Shown: positions 9,179-18,813 of the stretch, in pieces | Position numbering within the stretch: the stretch's first letter is position 1 | Layout of the letters: each line of letters opens with the position of its first letter | Assembly: GCA_964594835.1 (NCBI GenBank) | Contig: CAZQNA010000001.1 | Span: forward strand, 96,001-160,000 | DNA: 64,000 bases | Direction of reading: 5' to 3' | Origin: an uncultured Nitrososphaerota archaeon | GTDB taxonomy: Archaea; Korarchaeota; Korarchaeia; Korarchaeales; Korarchaeaceae | The notes under the pieces: model-generated | What the model saw: the letters and a program-made list of their open reading frames with translations, nothing else | Told to the model about the DNA's origin: nothing | The model's database searches: none | Position numbers and translations under genes: made by a program

Positions 9179-11671
9179 ATGAGGGGCATCTCCTCTGCCT
9201 TGGGATCTCGGAGAGATCCAATCGTTCTCCTGCTGGTGGCAGCCCTGGGAGTTCAGCTGATCGCGCCGACGTGTTCGGCCAGGGGAAGCCCCGAGGCCGC
9301 GACTCTGGAGGCCTTTCCAGGCTCACTCCTCCTGATACCCCTCCCCACCGGCGTCTCGACTGTTGAGACGACGATCCCGGGGGCAAGAATCCGGGTGGCC
9401 GAGTTCACCCACGTGAGCGTTAGGCAGAGGGCCGCAATCTCCACACCCTGGACTCCCACAGATATCGGCGATGGCCTGTGGGCTGTTCTAACCGGGTCCG
9501 ACCCACCCGCCGTCATGGTTGGGAGAAGGTACGAGTCGAGGGGGGTCCTCCGCCTGGACAACCTCCTCGTGGTGCCCCCAGGGGTCCTCGGGGAAGACCC
9601 CGCCGTCGGGGAGTTTGCATCCGGCGTCGAGGACTTCGAGTTCCACGAGCCAAACGGGACCCTGGTTCTGAGAATGGATGGGGGAGAGGTGCTGATCTCG
9701 GGGCTTTGCGACAACCTCACGGACTCTTGGCTGTTCCTCGACCGGGAGGGGGGACATCTGTATAGGCTCAAGGGGGGCGCGCTCGGACGCTACACCCTGG
9801 CTCGGACCACCCAAGTCAACGGGACATGGATCGCCTCCGTCTCCCGGGCGGTAGTCCTCATCTCCCCCCCTGAGGTGGGGAGTCCGGCGATCTACCTCCT
9901 CGACCGCAGGCTTGACGTCTCTAGCGAGATCCCCCTGCTCCCGGGACTCGACCTGGCTGCCGTGAGGCCCCCGTCAGAGAGTTCCGTAAGGGTGCTCTCC
10001 CTGAGCCTAGGTCGCAGGGCGGCGGCGCTGGTTTCGATCCCCGCGAACGTCAGCGTGAAGACGTACGATATCCTGGCGGACGGTCAGAGAAGGTGGAGGG
10101 TCAGGATAGTCCTACCGCCCGAGACCCCTGCGACTATCAGGCTTCCTGAGTCGCCAATGCTCTCCGGCTCAGAGGTCAGACTCTCCCTGCGACTCCCAGA
10201 GGGGGGCCCCCTGAACGCGACAGTCTGCCTGACGGGACCACCCATCTCGGCGTCCATCGTCGTGCCAGACGCCGAGTCCGGGGAGGTTCCCATGGTCATG
10301 GCGCTTCCTCACCTCTCAGAGGGCGGATCTGAGACGTTCGGGGCCCGTGTCACCGTGAACGGTGTATTAACGCTCTCTATGGGGAAGAGCCTGGGGGTCT
10401 TGCCCTCGATACAGCTCATCGGCCTCAACGGATCGGACGTGTACGCCAGGGCCGGCGCCCCGGTAAGGCTCGTCTTCGAGATCCTCAACAGGGGGACTAG
10501 GAACGCCACCCTGAGGGAGATCTCCCTGCACATTGGAGGGATGAACGCTACACTGCGCGGGCCGGCGAATCTTCCCCCCAACGGCGCCGGAGTCTTCCCG
10601 ATGGAGCTGAACCTGTCGCCCGGGGATTACACGGCCGAGGTGAGTTGTGAGGTCTTGGACGAGGGGTTCGGGATGTCCCTCGGCGCACGGCTCACGGGCC
10701 TGAGGATCCACGTCGTCGAAACGCCAATGAGCATTGGGGCCGAGGTCCCGACCAACCTCCTCCCCCTGGTCCCCTTCAAGGCGAGGGTCGATCTCACGTT
10801 CGGGGCCCCGGCACAGGACGTGAGGGTTAACCTAACGGCCCCAGAGGGCCTGCAGGTCAAGGGTAACCTCTCACTATCAGCGGCCCGCGTTTCCGCGAAC
10901 GGGACCCTGTCTCTCGACCTGAGGGCCGTCGCAGACAGATCAGGCTCATTCTCCCTCGCGGTGAGGGTGGAGGCAACCTTTCCCTGGGGGAGAGAGGAGG
11001 TGCAGAGGACCATAAACGTAACAGTCGGTAGCGTTCCCTACGCCTACGAGGCGGTGGGTCCGGGGAAGGTGGCCCCCGGGGATCTGCTCAACGTCTCCCT
11101 TCACCTCAGTGGTCCCCCGGGAGTCGCGACGGTGGGTCTCCCCGACGGGTTCCGGATAGTTGAGACGAGCGGGGTGGCCCTGGGGAATAGAACCGTTCAG
11201 TTCAGCCTTCCGGGCGTCGCCTGGATGGTCTTGAGGGCCGACGTGGAGCCGGGCTCCTACCTCATCCCTGTCGTTGTGACCGTGAACAACACGATAGTGG
11301 CGGGGGAGCCCCTCAGGGTCGTGGTCGCGGAGGAGCCCGGCCTCACCCGAGAGAGGCTGATAGGCCAGCTAACCGAACTCAGGAGGAGGGTAAGGACGCT
11401 TCGAGAGCGCTCCCTACTTCCATGGGCCTCCTCCCCCGCCGGGCTCGATCGGCTCGAGAGGGACCTGGAACTGGCGGAGCGGGAGATAGAGGCGGGGGAC
11501 TATGGCTCGGCCGCCGGCACCCTGTCGAGGATCGAGGAGGAGCTATCGGCGATCGAGTCTGCTCCGAGGCAGGAGCTGGACCCCCTCGTCCCCCTGACGA
11601 TAACGCTCCTGGCATCCTCGGCCCTCCTCCTGTGGGCTTCCGTGAGGTGGTGGGGGCAGGTTGAGGGCTGA
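9179..11671 (+). CDS. Secreted, membrane-anchored glycoprotein with Ig-like beta repeats (S-layer-associated type)
   Basis: N-terminal hydrophobic signal, many N-x-S/T sequons, beta-rich repeats, C-terminal coiled coil plus TM helix. Confidence 0.7.
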   Translation: MRGISSALGSRRDPIVLLLVAALGVQLIAPTCSARGSPEAATLEAFPGSLLLIPLPTGVSTVETTIPGARIRVAEFTHVSVRQRAAISTPWTPTDIGDGLWAVLTGSDPPAVMVGRRYESRGVLRLDNLLVVPPGVLGEDPAVGEFASGVEDFEFHEPNGTLVLRMDGGEVLISGLCDNLTDSWLFLDREGGHLYRLKGGALGRYTLARTTQVNGTWIASVSRAVVLISPPEVGSPAIYLLDRRLDVSSEIPLLPGLDLAAVRPPSESSVRVLSLSLGRRAAALVSIPANVSVKTYDILADGQRRWRVRIVLPPETPATIRLPESPMLSGSEVRLSLRLPEGGPLNATVCLTGPPISASIVVPDAESGEVPMVMALPHLSEGGSETFGARVTVNGVLTLSMGKSLGVLPSIQLIGLNGSDVYARAGAPVRLVFEILNRGTRNATLREISLHIGGMNATLRGPANLPPNGAGVFPMELNLSPGDYTAEVSCEVLDEGFGMSLGARLTGLRIHVVETPMSIGAEVPTNLLPLVPFKARVDLTFGAPAQDVRVNLTAPEGLQVKGNLSLSAARVSANGTLSLDLRAVADRSGSFSLAVRVEATFPWGREEVQRTINVTVGSVPYAYEAVGPGKVAPGDLLNVSLHLSGPPGVATVGLPDGFRIVETSGVALGNRTVQFSLPGVAWMVLRADVEPGSYLIPVVVTVNNTIVAGEPLRVVVAEEPGLTRERLIGQLTELRRRVRTLRERSLLPWASSPAGLDRLERDLELAEREIEAGDYGSAAGTLSRIEEELSAIESAPRQELDPLVPLTITLLASSALLLWASVRWWGQVEG

Positions 11672-12689
11672 GGACAGGGGTCAGATAGCCGCCTGGTCCA
11701 GGATGTTCGCAGAGGTCTTGGACGAGGTCGACAGCGCGTTCCTGGTCTTCGGGCCTTGGCCGGACTCCATGGCCGCGACCGCCCTGGTCAGGAGGGCCGC
11801 CACCGAACAGGGCGTCGGGGTGTCCCTGAGGCCGGCCGTCCCCGAGGAGCTGCTCTCCGTCATCGAGGAGGCATTCGCCGAGGACTCGGCCCTCATGCTG
11901 GTGGACATCATACCAACTGGACCCGGCCCCCTGGGGGTGGCGGAGCAGCTCTGGGGTCAGGTCCTGATCTTGGATCACTACAACCCCGAAACGCCCAAGA
12001 TGCCCTCCAGGGTGATCAGGCTGAACCCGCTGAGCGCTGGAATGGGCCCCGTGCAGACATCAGAGCTGGCCCTCTCCGTCCTGAGGTACCTGTGCCCAGA
12101 CGCCCCCTCGGACCTGTGGGTGGGGAGACTCGGGTGCCTTGAGCCGGGGTCCAGCTGTCCCGGCCAGGTGGTCGGCGACGACCCCGAGATCTCCGAGGCC
12201 TACGATATCCTCCTCAAGGCCGTGGCGGCGGATCCCGAGTCCGGAGTAGTTCTAGGGGTCGCCGCCCTCGAAGAGTGCTCAGAGGATCCCTCGTGCCTGC
12301 TGGAGGGTAGATACCCGCTTTCAAAGGCCCTCTTGGAGCTCTCTGCCGTGGGTGGGGAGGCCCTGTCCTCCCTCCACCTGGCCAGGCCGCTCATCTCCTC
12401 GCGGAGGCTGACGGTGGTGCAGGTGGAGGACCCGCGGATCCGTCACGTATCCGCCGAGTACCTCGCGAGGACCAGCGACGTGGCGGGGGCCGCGTACTCG
12501 GACGGGGTCATGGCGGTTCTCTCCATGAGGACTCTGATCGAGCCCCTGGACCTGCCTTCCCTGGTCCACCTCTCGTTGCTGGACTTGGAGGGGAGTTACT
12601 TCGGTGCTGGGGGACTCGTGGAGGTCGCCGTGAGGGCCGAGCACTTGGAGACCCTCCTCAGGCGCATCTCGGAGCTGCTGGGGTCCTGA
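11661..12689 (+). CDS. DHH/RecJ-family protein, probably catalytically inactive
   Basis: Motif order WPDSMAA (for DxDG), LVD, ILDHY (for DHH), LNP, C-terminal DHHA1-like LSMRT and G-rich segment. Confidence 0.65.
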   Translation: MRAEDRGQIAAWSRMFAEVLDEVDSAFLVFGPWPDSMAATALVRRAATEQGVGVSLRPAVPEELLSVIEEAFAEDSALMLVDIIPTGPGPLGVAEQLWGQVLILDHYNPETPKMPSRVIRLNPLSAGMGPVQTSELALSVLRYLCPDAPSDLWVGRLGCLEPGSSCPGQVVGDDPEISEAYDILLKAVAADPESGVVLGVAALEECSEDPSCLLEGRYPLSKALLELSAVGGEALSSLHLARPLISSRRLTVVQVEDPRIRHVSAEYLARTSDVAGAAYSDGVMAVLSMRTLIEPLDLPSLVHLSLLDLEGSYFGAGGLVEVAVRAEHLETLLRRISELLGS

Positions 12690-12764
12690 GCACGGGCCGC
12701 ATCAATTTATTTGGGTGACCACGCCCTCGCGGTCCCAGTAGACACCCGAGGGAGGTTCAGGGTT

Positions 12765-13091
12765 TTGCCCATCAGGGTCGCAGTGGCTACCGACGACGGG
12801 TCCGAGGTTAAGGAAGGGCCCTTCTACCAGGCCCGGTATTTCGCGATTTACGACCTAACCGGCAAGAGTCCAACTAGGGTGGAGCTCAGGGTGAACACTA
12901 GGAGGGGAAGGGGGGCCGTCTCTGCCCTGGAGGTCCTGAGGGACTGTGGGGCGATAATCTCGGGCGAGATGGACCCGGAGAGCAGGGACATAATCGAGTC
13001 CCGGGGGATAATAGCCCACGAGACGGCGAAGAGAACGGTGGAGTCTGCCGTCATGGAGATAGCCGAGGGTCTGTCCCGCCTCACTAGGTAG
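12765..13091 (+). CDS. NifB/NifX-family (FeMo cofactor-binding-like) protein
   Basis: RVAVATDDG..F.QARYFAIYD..DCGAIISG; TTG start chosen after GGAGG. Confidence 0.8.
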   Translation: MPIRVAVATDDGSEVKEGPFYQARYFAIYDLTGKSPTRVELRVNTRRGRGAVSALEVLRDCGAIISGEMDPESRDIIESRGIIAHETAKRTVESAVMEIAEGLSRLTR

Positions 13092-13132
13092 GGAGCCCCG
13101 GCGGCAGGCGACGCCTCTACCCCATCTGAGAG

Positions 13133-13648
13133 GTGGGAGAGATGTTGGTTGGGGTGATCTCCGACACGCACGACGATCTCGAGGCCATAGAAGTGGCCTA
13201 TCAGATGTTCGCGGCCAGGGCCGTGGACAAGGTCGTCCACCTTGGGGACCTGGTCTCCCCTTTCTCGCTGCGCCCCATCGTGAACAGCGGGATCCCCACG
13301 ATCCTGCTGAGGGGGAACAACGAGGGTGAGTTCAAGCTCGCCCTCGATGCCCTCGAGGGAGAGGTGACCTTCTACCCCTCCCCCGCCGAGACCTGGCTCG
13401 GCGACAGGAGGACCCTCCTGTTCCACGGCTTCGGATCTCTCGCCCTGACGAGGAAGGTGGCCCACCTCCTGGCCGAGACTGGGGACTACGAGGTGGTTCT
13501 GTACGGTCACACGCACGAGGTCGAGGTTGCGAGGGTGGGGTCCGCGCTGGTCTTGAATCCAGGCGAGGCCTGCGGGTGCCTGACGGGGAGGAGAACCGTC
13601 GCCATCTTGGACACGGAAGAACTCTCAGCGGAGATCCTGAGCGTGTAG
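13133..13648 (+). CDS. Metallophosphoesterase, YfcE/MJ0936 family
   Basis: SDTH, HLGD, GNNE, FHG, YGHTH, NPGE. Confidence 0.93.
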   Translation: MGEMLVGVISDTHDDLEAIEVAYQMFAARAVDKVVHLGDLVSPFSLRPIVNSGIPTILLRGNNEGEFKLALDALEGEVTFYPSPAETWLGDRRTLLFHGFGSLALTRKVAHLLAETGDYEVVLYGHTHEVEVARVGSALVLNPGEACGCLTGRRTVAILDTEELSAEILSV

Positions 13649-13744
13649 GGGCCGAAGATCAGGCCCAGCGGGGCGTCTGGCAGAGTAAAACCTGGAACCC
13701 AGCTCGCATGGTCTCCCGGCGGACGTAAAAATGGGAAGGGGGGA

Positions 13745-14938
13745 TCAGGAGACCCCCGGGAACTTCTCCTGGACGAACGCCCTGATCCTCTCCATGGCCT
13801 CCATGAGGTTCTCCTTTGAGGTGGCGAACGAGAGCCGGAGGTATCCCTCTCCTGGAGCCCCAAAGTCGGTGCCCGGGAGCAGCGCCACGCCCGCCTCCTC
13901 CAGCAGCATGGTCGCTAGTTCCTTCGACTTCACCCCCAGCTTCTTGACGTTCGGGAAGGCATAGAATGTGGCGGCGGGCTTGATCATGCTGAACCCGGGG
14001 ATCCTGTTGATCTCCCGGTAGAGGAGGTCTCTCCTCTCCTCATACTCCCTTACCATAATCTCTATCTCATCCCTAGGCCCCTTCAGCGCCGCAATTCCGG
14101 CCCTCTGGACGAACGACACGGGACAGGAGACCGTGTTGAGCTGGATCTTGGTTATCTTGTCGGCGACCTCCCTGGGAGCCACGACGTATCCCAGCCTCCA
14201 ACCCGTCATGGCATAAGTCTTGGAGAACCCGCTGAGCATGACGGCCCTCTCCTCGGCACCCGGGATCGACAGGATGCTCTCGTGCTTCTTTCCGTCGAAT
14301 ATTATGTCCTCGTAGATCTCGTCGGATATTATCCAAAGGTCGTGCTCCCTTGCAACCTCCACTATGGCCTCGAGGTCCTTCCTCTTGTAGACCCCGCCCG
14401 TGGGGTTTGATGGCGTGTTGATCACGATCACCTTGGTCTTGTCGGTGACGGCCTCGGCTATCTCCTCCCCGCTCGGAGAGAACTCCCTCTCCTCCTTGAG
14501 CACCACGGGCTTCACGACGCCTCCAACGAACTCGGTGACGCTCTCATATGAGGGATATGCCGGCATGGGTATTATGACCTCCTCCCCCGGGTTCACGAAG
14601 GCCATGAGCGCCGAGAAGATCCCAATCTTGGCACCAACGGTGACGACCACCTGGTCGGGAGACACGCTGACTCCCCTGCTCTGAGAGACGTACTCCGCTA
14701 TGGTCTCCCTCAGCTCCATTATCCCGGCCGAGGGAGTGTATCCCGTGAATCCCTCGTCCAGCGCCCTCTTGGCCGCCTCCTTTATGTGGGCTGGCGTGTC
14801 GAAGTCTGGCTGTCCGATCTCACAGTGGATTATCTTCTTCCCCTGCCTCTCAAGCTCCTTCGCCCTCGCGAGAACTATGAAGGCGCCCTCAACCCCCAAC
14901 TTGGACATCCGATCGGCGAAGCCGGGCAACGCGGACAC
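13745..14938 (-). CDS. Aspartate aminotransferase-like PLP enzyme
   Basis: GQPDF, PSNPTG, SDEIY, GFSKTYAMTGWRLGY, YLRLSFA. Confidence 0.93.
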   Translation of the reverse strand: MSALPGFADRMSKLGVEGAFIVLARAKELERQGKKIIHCEIGQPDFDTPAHIKEAAKRALDEGFTGYTPSAGIMELRETIAEYVSQSRGVSVSPDQVVVTVGAKIGIFSALMAFVNPGEEVIIPMPAYPSYESVTEFVGGVVKPVVLKEEREFSPSGEEIAEAVTDKTKVIVINTPSNPTGGVYKRKDLEAIVEVAREHDLWIISDEIYEDIIFDGKKHESILSIPGAEERAVMLSGFSKTYAMTGWRLGYVVAPREVADKITKIQLNTVSCPVSFVQRAGIAALKGPRDEIEIMVREYEERRDLLYREINRIPGFSMIKPAATFYAFPNVKKLGVKSKELATMLLEEAGVALLPGTDFGAPGEGYLRLSFATSKENLMEAMERIRAFVQEKFPGVS

Positions 14939-15003
14939 CCCGCGTGACCTCGCCGGATTTTTCTAAACCTTTTACACATCCACTCTGCCCGGTGGGAGCG
15001 GCT

Positions 15004-15915
15004 CTAAGTGGGCCTGCCGACGGCCGACAAGATCTCGTTCCACGTCGGAAGACCTCTCACAGCTCCAGGTACCTCCACGGTCTTTCCTGCCGCATAGTTT
15101 GCTGCCATCAGGGCCTCCCTAGTCCCCAGCCCCTTCAGCCTGGCCACCGTGTAGGCGCCGTCGAACACGTCCCCCGCGCCTGTGGTGTCCACCGCCCTCA
15201 CCCGTATCGCCGGAGCCCTCACCCACCCTCCAGACTCCAGGGCCGCGCTGCCGGCCTCGCCCATCTTGACGACGACCTCGTCCACGCCTAGCTCGTGGAC
15301 GAGCCTGGCTGCCAGCTCCAGATCGCCCGATCCGGTCAGGGAGGCCGCCTCTTTCTCGTTGAAGAAGGCCCGAAAGATCAGCCCGGTCTTGAGGAGTTCT
15401 ACGACGCTCTCCTTGCTCTTCGTGATCGCCGTCCACCCCGGATCCCAGGAGAGGCGGAGCCCGGCCTCGACGAGGGTTCCGACGACCTCTGGACTGACGC
15501 TGGATGCATGCACAACCTCGGCCGACCTGAGCGCCTCGACCCTCTCCTCCGTCAGGCCCTTGCCCAGCAGCAGGTTGGCCCCCCTGTACCTGATCATCCT
15601 CCTCTGAGAACCGGCCACATTGAGTATGACGACGAATCCGGTCTGAGCGCCCGGAACTACCTCGATCAGGTTGACGTCAACCCCCCGACTCGAAATCTCC
15701 CGCCTGTACACCGCCCCGAGGGGGTCGTCCCCCACGACGGCAAGGATCGCTGACTCCTCTCCGAGTAGGGCGCAGGTCGAGGCGAAGTTTGAGGCGCTGC
15801 CGCCGACGCTCAGGGACGCGCGTTCCGCGTCCGTGTCCTCGTCGGGTCCGGGAATCCCCGGGAGGAACACCGATATGTCCACGTTGGCGTTTCCAACCGC
15901 GGCTATCCTGGGCAA
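15004..15915 (-). CDS. PfkB/ribokinase-family kinase (possible ribose-1-phosphate kinase)
   Basis: GGSASN, NEKEA, VKMGEAG, DTTGAGDVF. Confidence 0.9.
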   Translation of the reverse strand: MPRIAAVGNANVDISVFLPGIPGPDEDTDAERASLSVGGSASNFASTCALLGEESAILAVVGDDPLGAVYRREISSRGVDVNLIEVVPGAQTGFVVILNVAGSQRRMIRYRGANLLLGKGLTEERVEALRSAEVVHASSVSPEVVGTLVEAGLRLSWDPGWTAITKSKESVVELLKTGLIFRAFFNEKEAASLTGSGDLELAARLVHELGVDEVVVKMGEAGSAALESGGWVRAPAIRVRAVDTTGAGDVFDGAYTVARLKGLGTREALMAANYAAGKTVEVPGAVRGLPTWNEILSAVGRPT

Positions 15916-15919
15916 GGCC

Positions 15920-16768
15920 TCACCTCCTGAGGAGCCCTGGGTAGAAGTGCCTCTTTCCGGCGGACTCCCTCAGGTCGTCCCACTCGGCGAGTATTCGGAC
16001 GGCCTCGTTGGCCGTCCTTATGGCCTCCCTCTCCCCAGCCACCGCGAACTCGTCCCTGACCCTCTGGGCATAGACCGCGCATACAGCCCCCGCCCTCCGC
16101 CCGAAGAGGGAGGCGAGGGTGAAGATGGTCGCGGCCTCCATCTCGATGTTGACGACGCCCGCCGCCTGCAGGTCCGGGATTATGCCCTCCATCCAGCTCT
16201 GCCAGTATCCGCCGCAGCCCCTCCTGCCCTGTCCCGTGTAGAAGCTGCCGGTTGAGGCGGTGATGCCCAGGTGGTACCTGTATCCGAGGGACTCGGCCGC
16301 CTCCACGAGGGCCAGCACAACCTCGTAGTGGGCGACAGCCGGGTACTCGGGCCTGACGTACTGCGAGCTTGCCCCATCGAGCCTCACGGCCCCGAGGGAT
16401 ATGACCAGATCTCCAAGCTCGACATCCGGCCTGATTGCCCCAGTGCTCCCAACCCGGATGAACGTGCCCACCCCGAGCCTGGAGAGCTCGTCCACGGCTA
16501 TCGCGGCTGCCGGGCCCCCTATCCCGGTTGAGGTGACCATGAGGTCCACCCCCCTGTACCTCCCGACGTACGTCACGTACTCCCTGTGTCTGGCGGCGAG
16601 CCTCCTCTCGTCCCACTCAGAGGCTATCTTCTCGGCCCTCTCAACATCTCCAGGCAGGAGCGCGTACTTCCTGACGTCTTCAGGTCTCAGGGCGACGTGA
16701 TACATCGCTCCACCCTTCGCGCGGGGTTCTTCGGCGCTGGAGAACTCGGTCCCCAAGGTCGGGCTCAC
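15920..16768 (-). CDS. udp: Nucleoside phosphorylase (uridine phosphorylase family)
   Basis: YH, LLPGD..R, HREY, STGIGGP, IRVGSTG, FYTGQ, NIEMEAA. Confidence 0.9.
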   Translation of the reverse strand: MSPTLGTEFSSAEEPRAKGGAMYHVALRPEDVRKYALLPGDVERAEKIASEWDERRLAARHREYVTYVGRYRGVDLMVTSTGIGGPAAAIAVDELSRLGVGTFIRVGSTGAIRPDVELGDLVISLGAVRLDGASSQYVRPEYPAVAHYEVVLALVEAAESLGYRYHLGITASTGSFYTGQGRRGCGGYWQSWMEGIIPDLQAAGVVNIEMEAATIFTLASLFGRRAGAVCAVYAQRVRDEFAVAGEREAIRTANEAVRILAEWDDLRESAGKRHFYPGLLRR

Positions 16769-16806
16769 CCTCTAGTCTCCCCCGTCTGGGAAACCATTAA
16801 TCCTGA

Positions 16807-17739
16807 GTGAGGACCACCCCACGATCCGTCATGATCGTGGTCGGACCCGAGGACGACTTCACCAAGTCTCTCGCATCCGGGCTCTCCGCCGATACGGTCT
16901 TCGTGGCCAGGAGGACCTTCCCCGACGGCGAGCTTCAGCCGAGAGTGCTCGCCGAGCCGGGAGACCTCAAGGGGGAGACCGTGGTCCTCTCCCTCAGGAT
17001 GGGCGCCTCCTCCTGCAGGCCCAACGACTACCTGGTTGAGCTCCTCCTCACCCTCAAGAACCTGAAGCGGGAGTTCGGCGTCGGCAGAGTAATAGCAGCC
17101 GTCCCCTACTTCCCCTACGCCAGGCAGGACGAGATCTTCAGGCCGGGCGAGCCGCTGAGCTCCAAGTACGTTGCCGACCTCATTCAGTCCGCTGGGGCCG
17201 ACGCCGTGGTCAGCGTGACCGTCCACCTCCACAGGCTCAAGAGGTTCGAGGACCTCTTCGACGGGATACCGGGGGTTAACGTGAGCGGAATCCCGGCCCT
17301 CGCCCGCGAGGTGGGACGGTTTGACCTCAGCGACCCCCTGATAGTGGGGCCAGACGAGGAGGCGGTAATCTGGGCGGAGGAGTTCGCCAGACACGTCGGG
17401 GCGAGAGACTACACGTCGTTCAAGAAGGAGAGGGACAGGGACACCGGCGAGATCAGGATGACCGTGAGGGAGTTCGACCTCACCGGGAGGGACGTGGTGG
17501 TGGTGGACGACATAGTGTCCACCGGCGGGACCATGGCCTCCGCCGTGGCGGCCGCGAGGAGAATGGGGGCCCGCAGAGTCTTCTCGGCGTTCGTCCACCC
17601 GGTATTGGCCCGCGGAGCTCTGGACAAGGTGCTGGGCGCCGGGGCGGACGTGGTGGTGGCCGCCGACACCCTGGAGTGGGCCGGGTCGAAGGCGACGGTC
17701 GTCCCCGAACTCGCGGAGGAGGTCAGCAAGCTGGCGTGA
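16807..17739 (+). CDS. prs: Ribose-phosphate pyrophosphokinase
   Basis: FPDGE, PYFPYARQD, GPDEEA, VVVDDIVSTGGT PRPP loop. Confidence 0.94.
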   Translation: MRTTPRSVMIVVGPEDDFTKSLASGLSADTVFVARRTFPDGELQPRVLAEPGDLKGETVVLSLRMGASSCRPNDYLVELLLTLKNLKREFGVGRVIAAVPYFPYARQDEIFRPGEPLSSKYVADLIQSAGADAVVSVTVHLHRLKRFEDLFDGIPGVNVSGIPALAREVGRFDLSDPLIVGPDEEAVIWAEEFARHVGARDYTSFKKERDRDTGEIRMTVREFDLTGRDVVVVDDIVSTGGTMASAVAAARRMGARRVFSAFVHPVLARGALDKVLGAGADVVVAADTLEWAGSKATVVPELAEEVSKLA

Positions 17740-17740
17740 G

Positions 17741-18244
17741 GTGCGAAGCGGGATGGCCGGAATCCCGAAGGGAGTGGCGCTTGCCGGGTTGGCCCTACTG
17801 GCGGCCTCCGGCGTCTCCCTGTTCATGGGGGTAGATCTGGCGCTGGGTCTGGGTGTGGCGGCCGAGGAGGTCATTCCAGGCTCCCCGAGGGTCTCGGTAA
17901 AGGGGGGCGCCCTCCTCGTATCGACCTCCCTCATACTCCTGATGGCGGCCTACGGGGTCCTCTCGGGATCCCGGTGGGGGCGTCCCTCGGGCGCCCTCTC
18001 CCTCCTGGCCCTCTCAACCTACCTGGTGTTGGTCAGGGAGATCTGGGGGTGGTCTCTGCCCGCCACCGGCGCCCTCTCCCTCCTGGCCCTCTACCTCCTC
18101 CTGTCGAGGGAATCGGCCCTCTACTTCAGGGGCGGAGAGTGGAGGGAGGAGACGGTCTTCCCCTCCCCCCTCCCCGCTGGGGCTGGCTCAGAGGGTGAAC
18201 CCGGCGAGGTCCTCGTCGAGGGGGTCGAGCTCGTCGAGGAATGA
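17741..18244 (+). CDS. Hypothetical membrane protein (about 4 TM)
   Basis: Four hydrophobic stretches; directly follows prs. Confidence 0.6.
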   Translation: MRSGMAGIPKGVALAGLALLAASGVSLFMGVDLALGLGVAAEEVIPGSPRVSVKGGALLVSTSLILLMAAYGVLSGSRWGRPSGALSLLALSTYLVLVREIWGWSLPATGALSLLALYLLLSRESALYFRGGEWREETVFPSPLPAGAGSEGEPGEVLVEGVELVEE

Positions 18245-18802
18245 GTTGAGCTTGTAGAGCGGAACCACCGGGACCCCGTCTACCAGCCTCTCCACTCCCG
18301 TGACCCACCCAACGAGCAGGGGAACCACCCTGCCCCTGAGTCCCAGCCTGCGGGCCTCGCCGGACTCGACGAGCGCCCTAACCCTCCTCAGGTGGACCCG
18401 TGCCTCGGACGCCAGCCTCGCCCCGACCCCCCTCCCCCTGGACCAGAGCTTGCACTCGACCGCGAGCGCGGCGATGCGGCCGGATCCTATGAGGTCCACC
18501 TCCCACCTACGTCCGCCGTGCGCGAACCTGAACCTCCTGGCGACGACTCGGTAGTCGAAGCCCTCGAGGTACTCCTCCACCAGGGACTCGAACCCCCTCC
18601 AGTCCAACAGGGCGGCCGCCCTCTCTGGCGAGACCCCAGCGTTCACGAGGGCGACCGCGGCCTTTACCGGCCTGATCTCCTCCCCCTCGAGCGCCCCGGA
18701 CTCGGTCAGGTACCCCCTGACCTCCGGGTCGATCAGACCCAGGTCACCTATCAGCAGGGCGACGACCGCCCGCTCGGCCGCGCGTCGGTCCACCGGAGTC
18801 AT
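18188..18802 (-). CDS. PD-(D/E)xK restriction endonuclease-like protein (Mrr/NERD-like)
   Basis: WRGFE..V, EVDLIG, AVECKLW. Confidence 0.78.
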   Translation of the reverse strand: MTPVDRRAAERAVVALLIGDLGLIDPEVRGYLTESGALEGEEIRPVKAAVALVNAGVSPERAAALLDWRGFESLVEEYLEGFDYRVVARRFRFAHGGRRWEVDLIGSGRIAALAVECKLWSRGRGVGARLASEARVHLRRVRALVESGEARRLGLRGRVVPLLVGWVTGVERLVDGVPVVPLYKLNSFLDELDPLDEDLAGFTL

Positions 18803-18813
18803 GCCACATCCCG

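Noticed and set aside
13649-13744. AACCCAGCTCGC (13696-13707) complementary to the 23S 2574-2585 region; possible guide RNA
   Set aside because: No convincing C/D or H/ACA boxes at the right spacing; may be chance
18188-18802. Restriction-modification or defence island around the PD-(D/E)xK nuclease
   Set aside because: No methyltransferase or other defence genes; sits in a housekeeping operon
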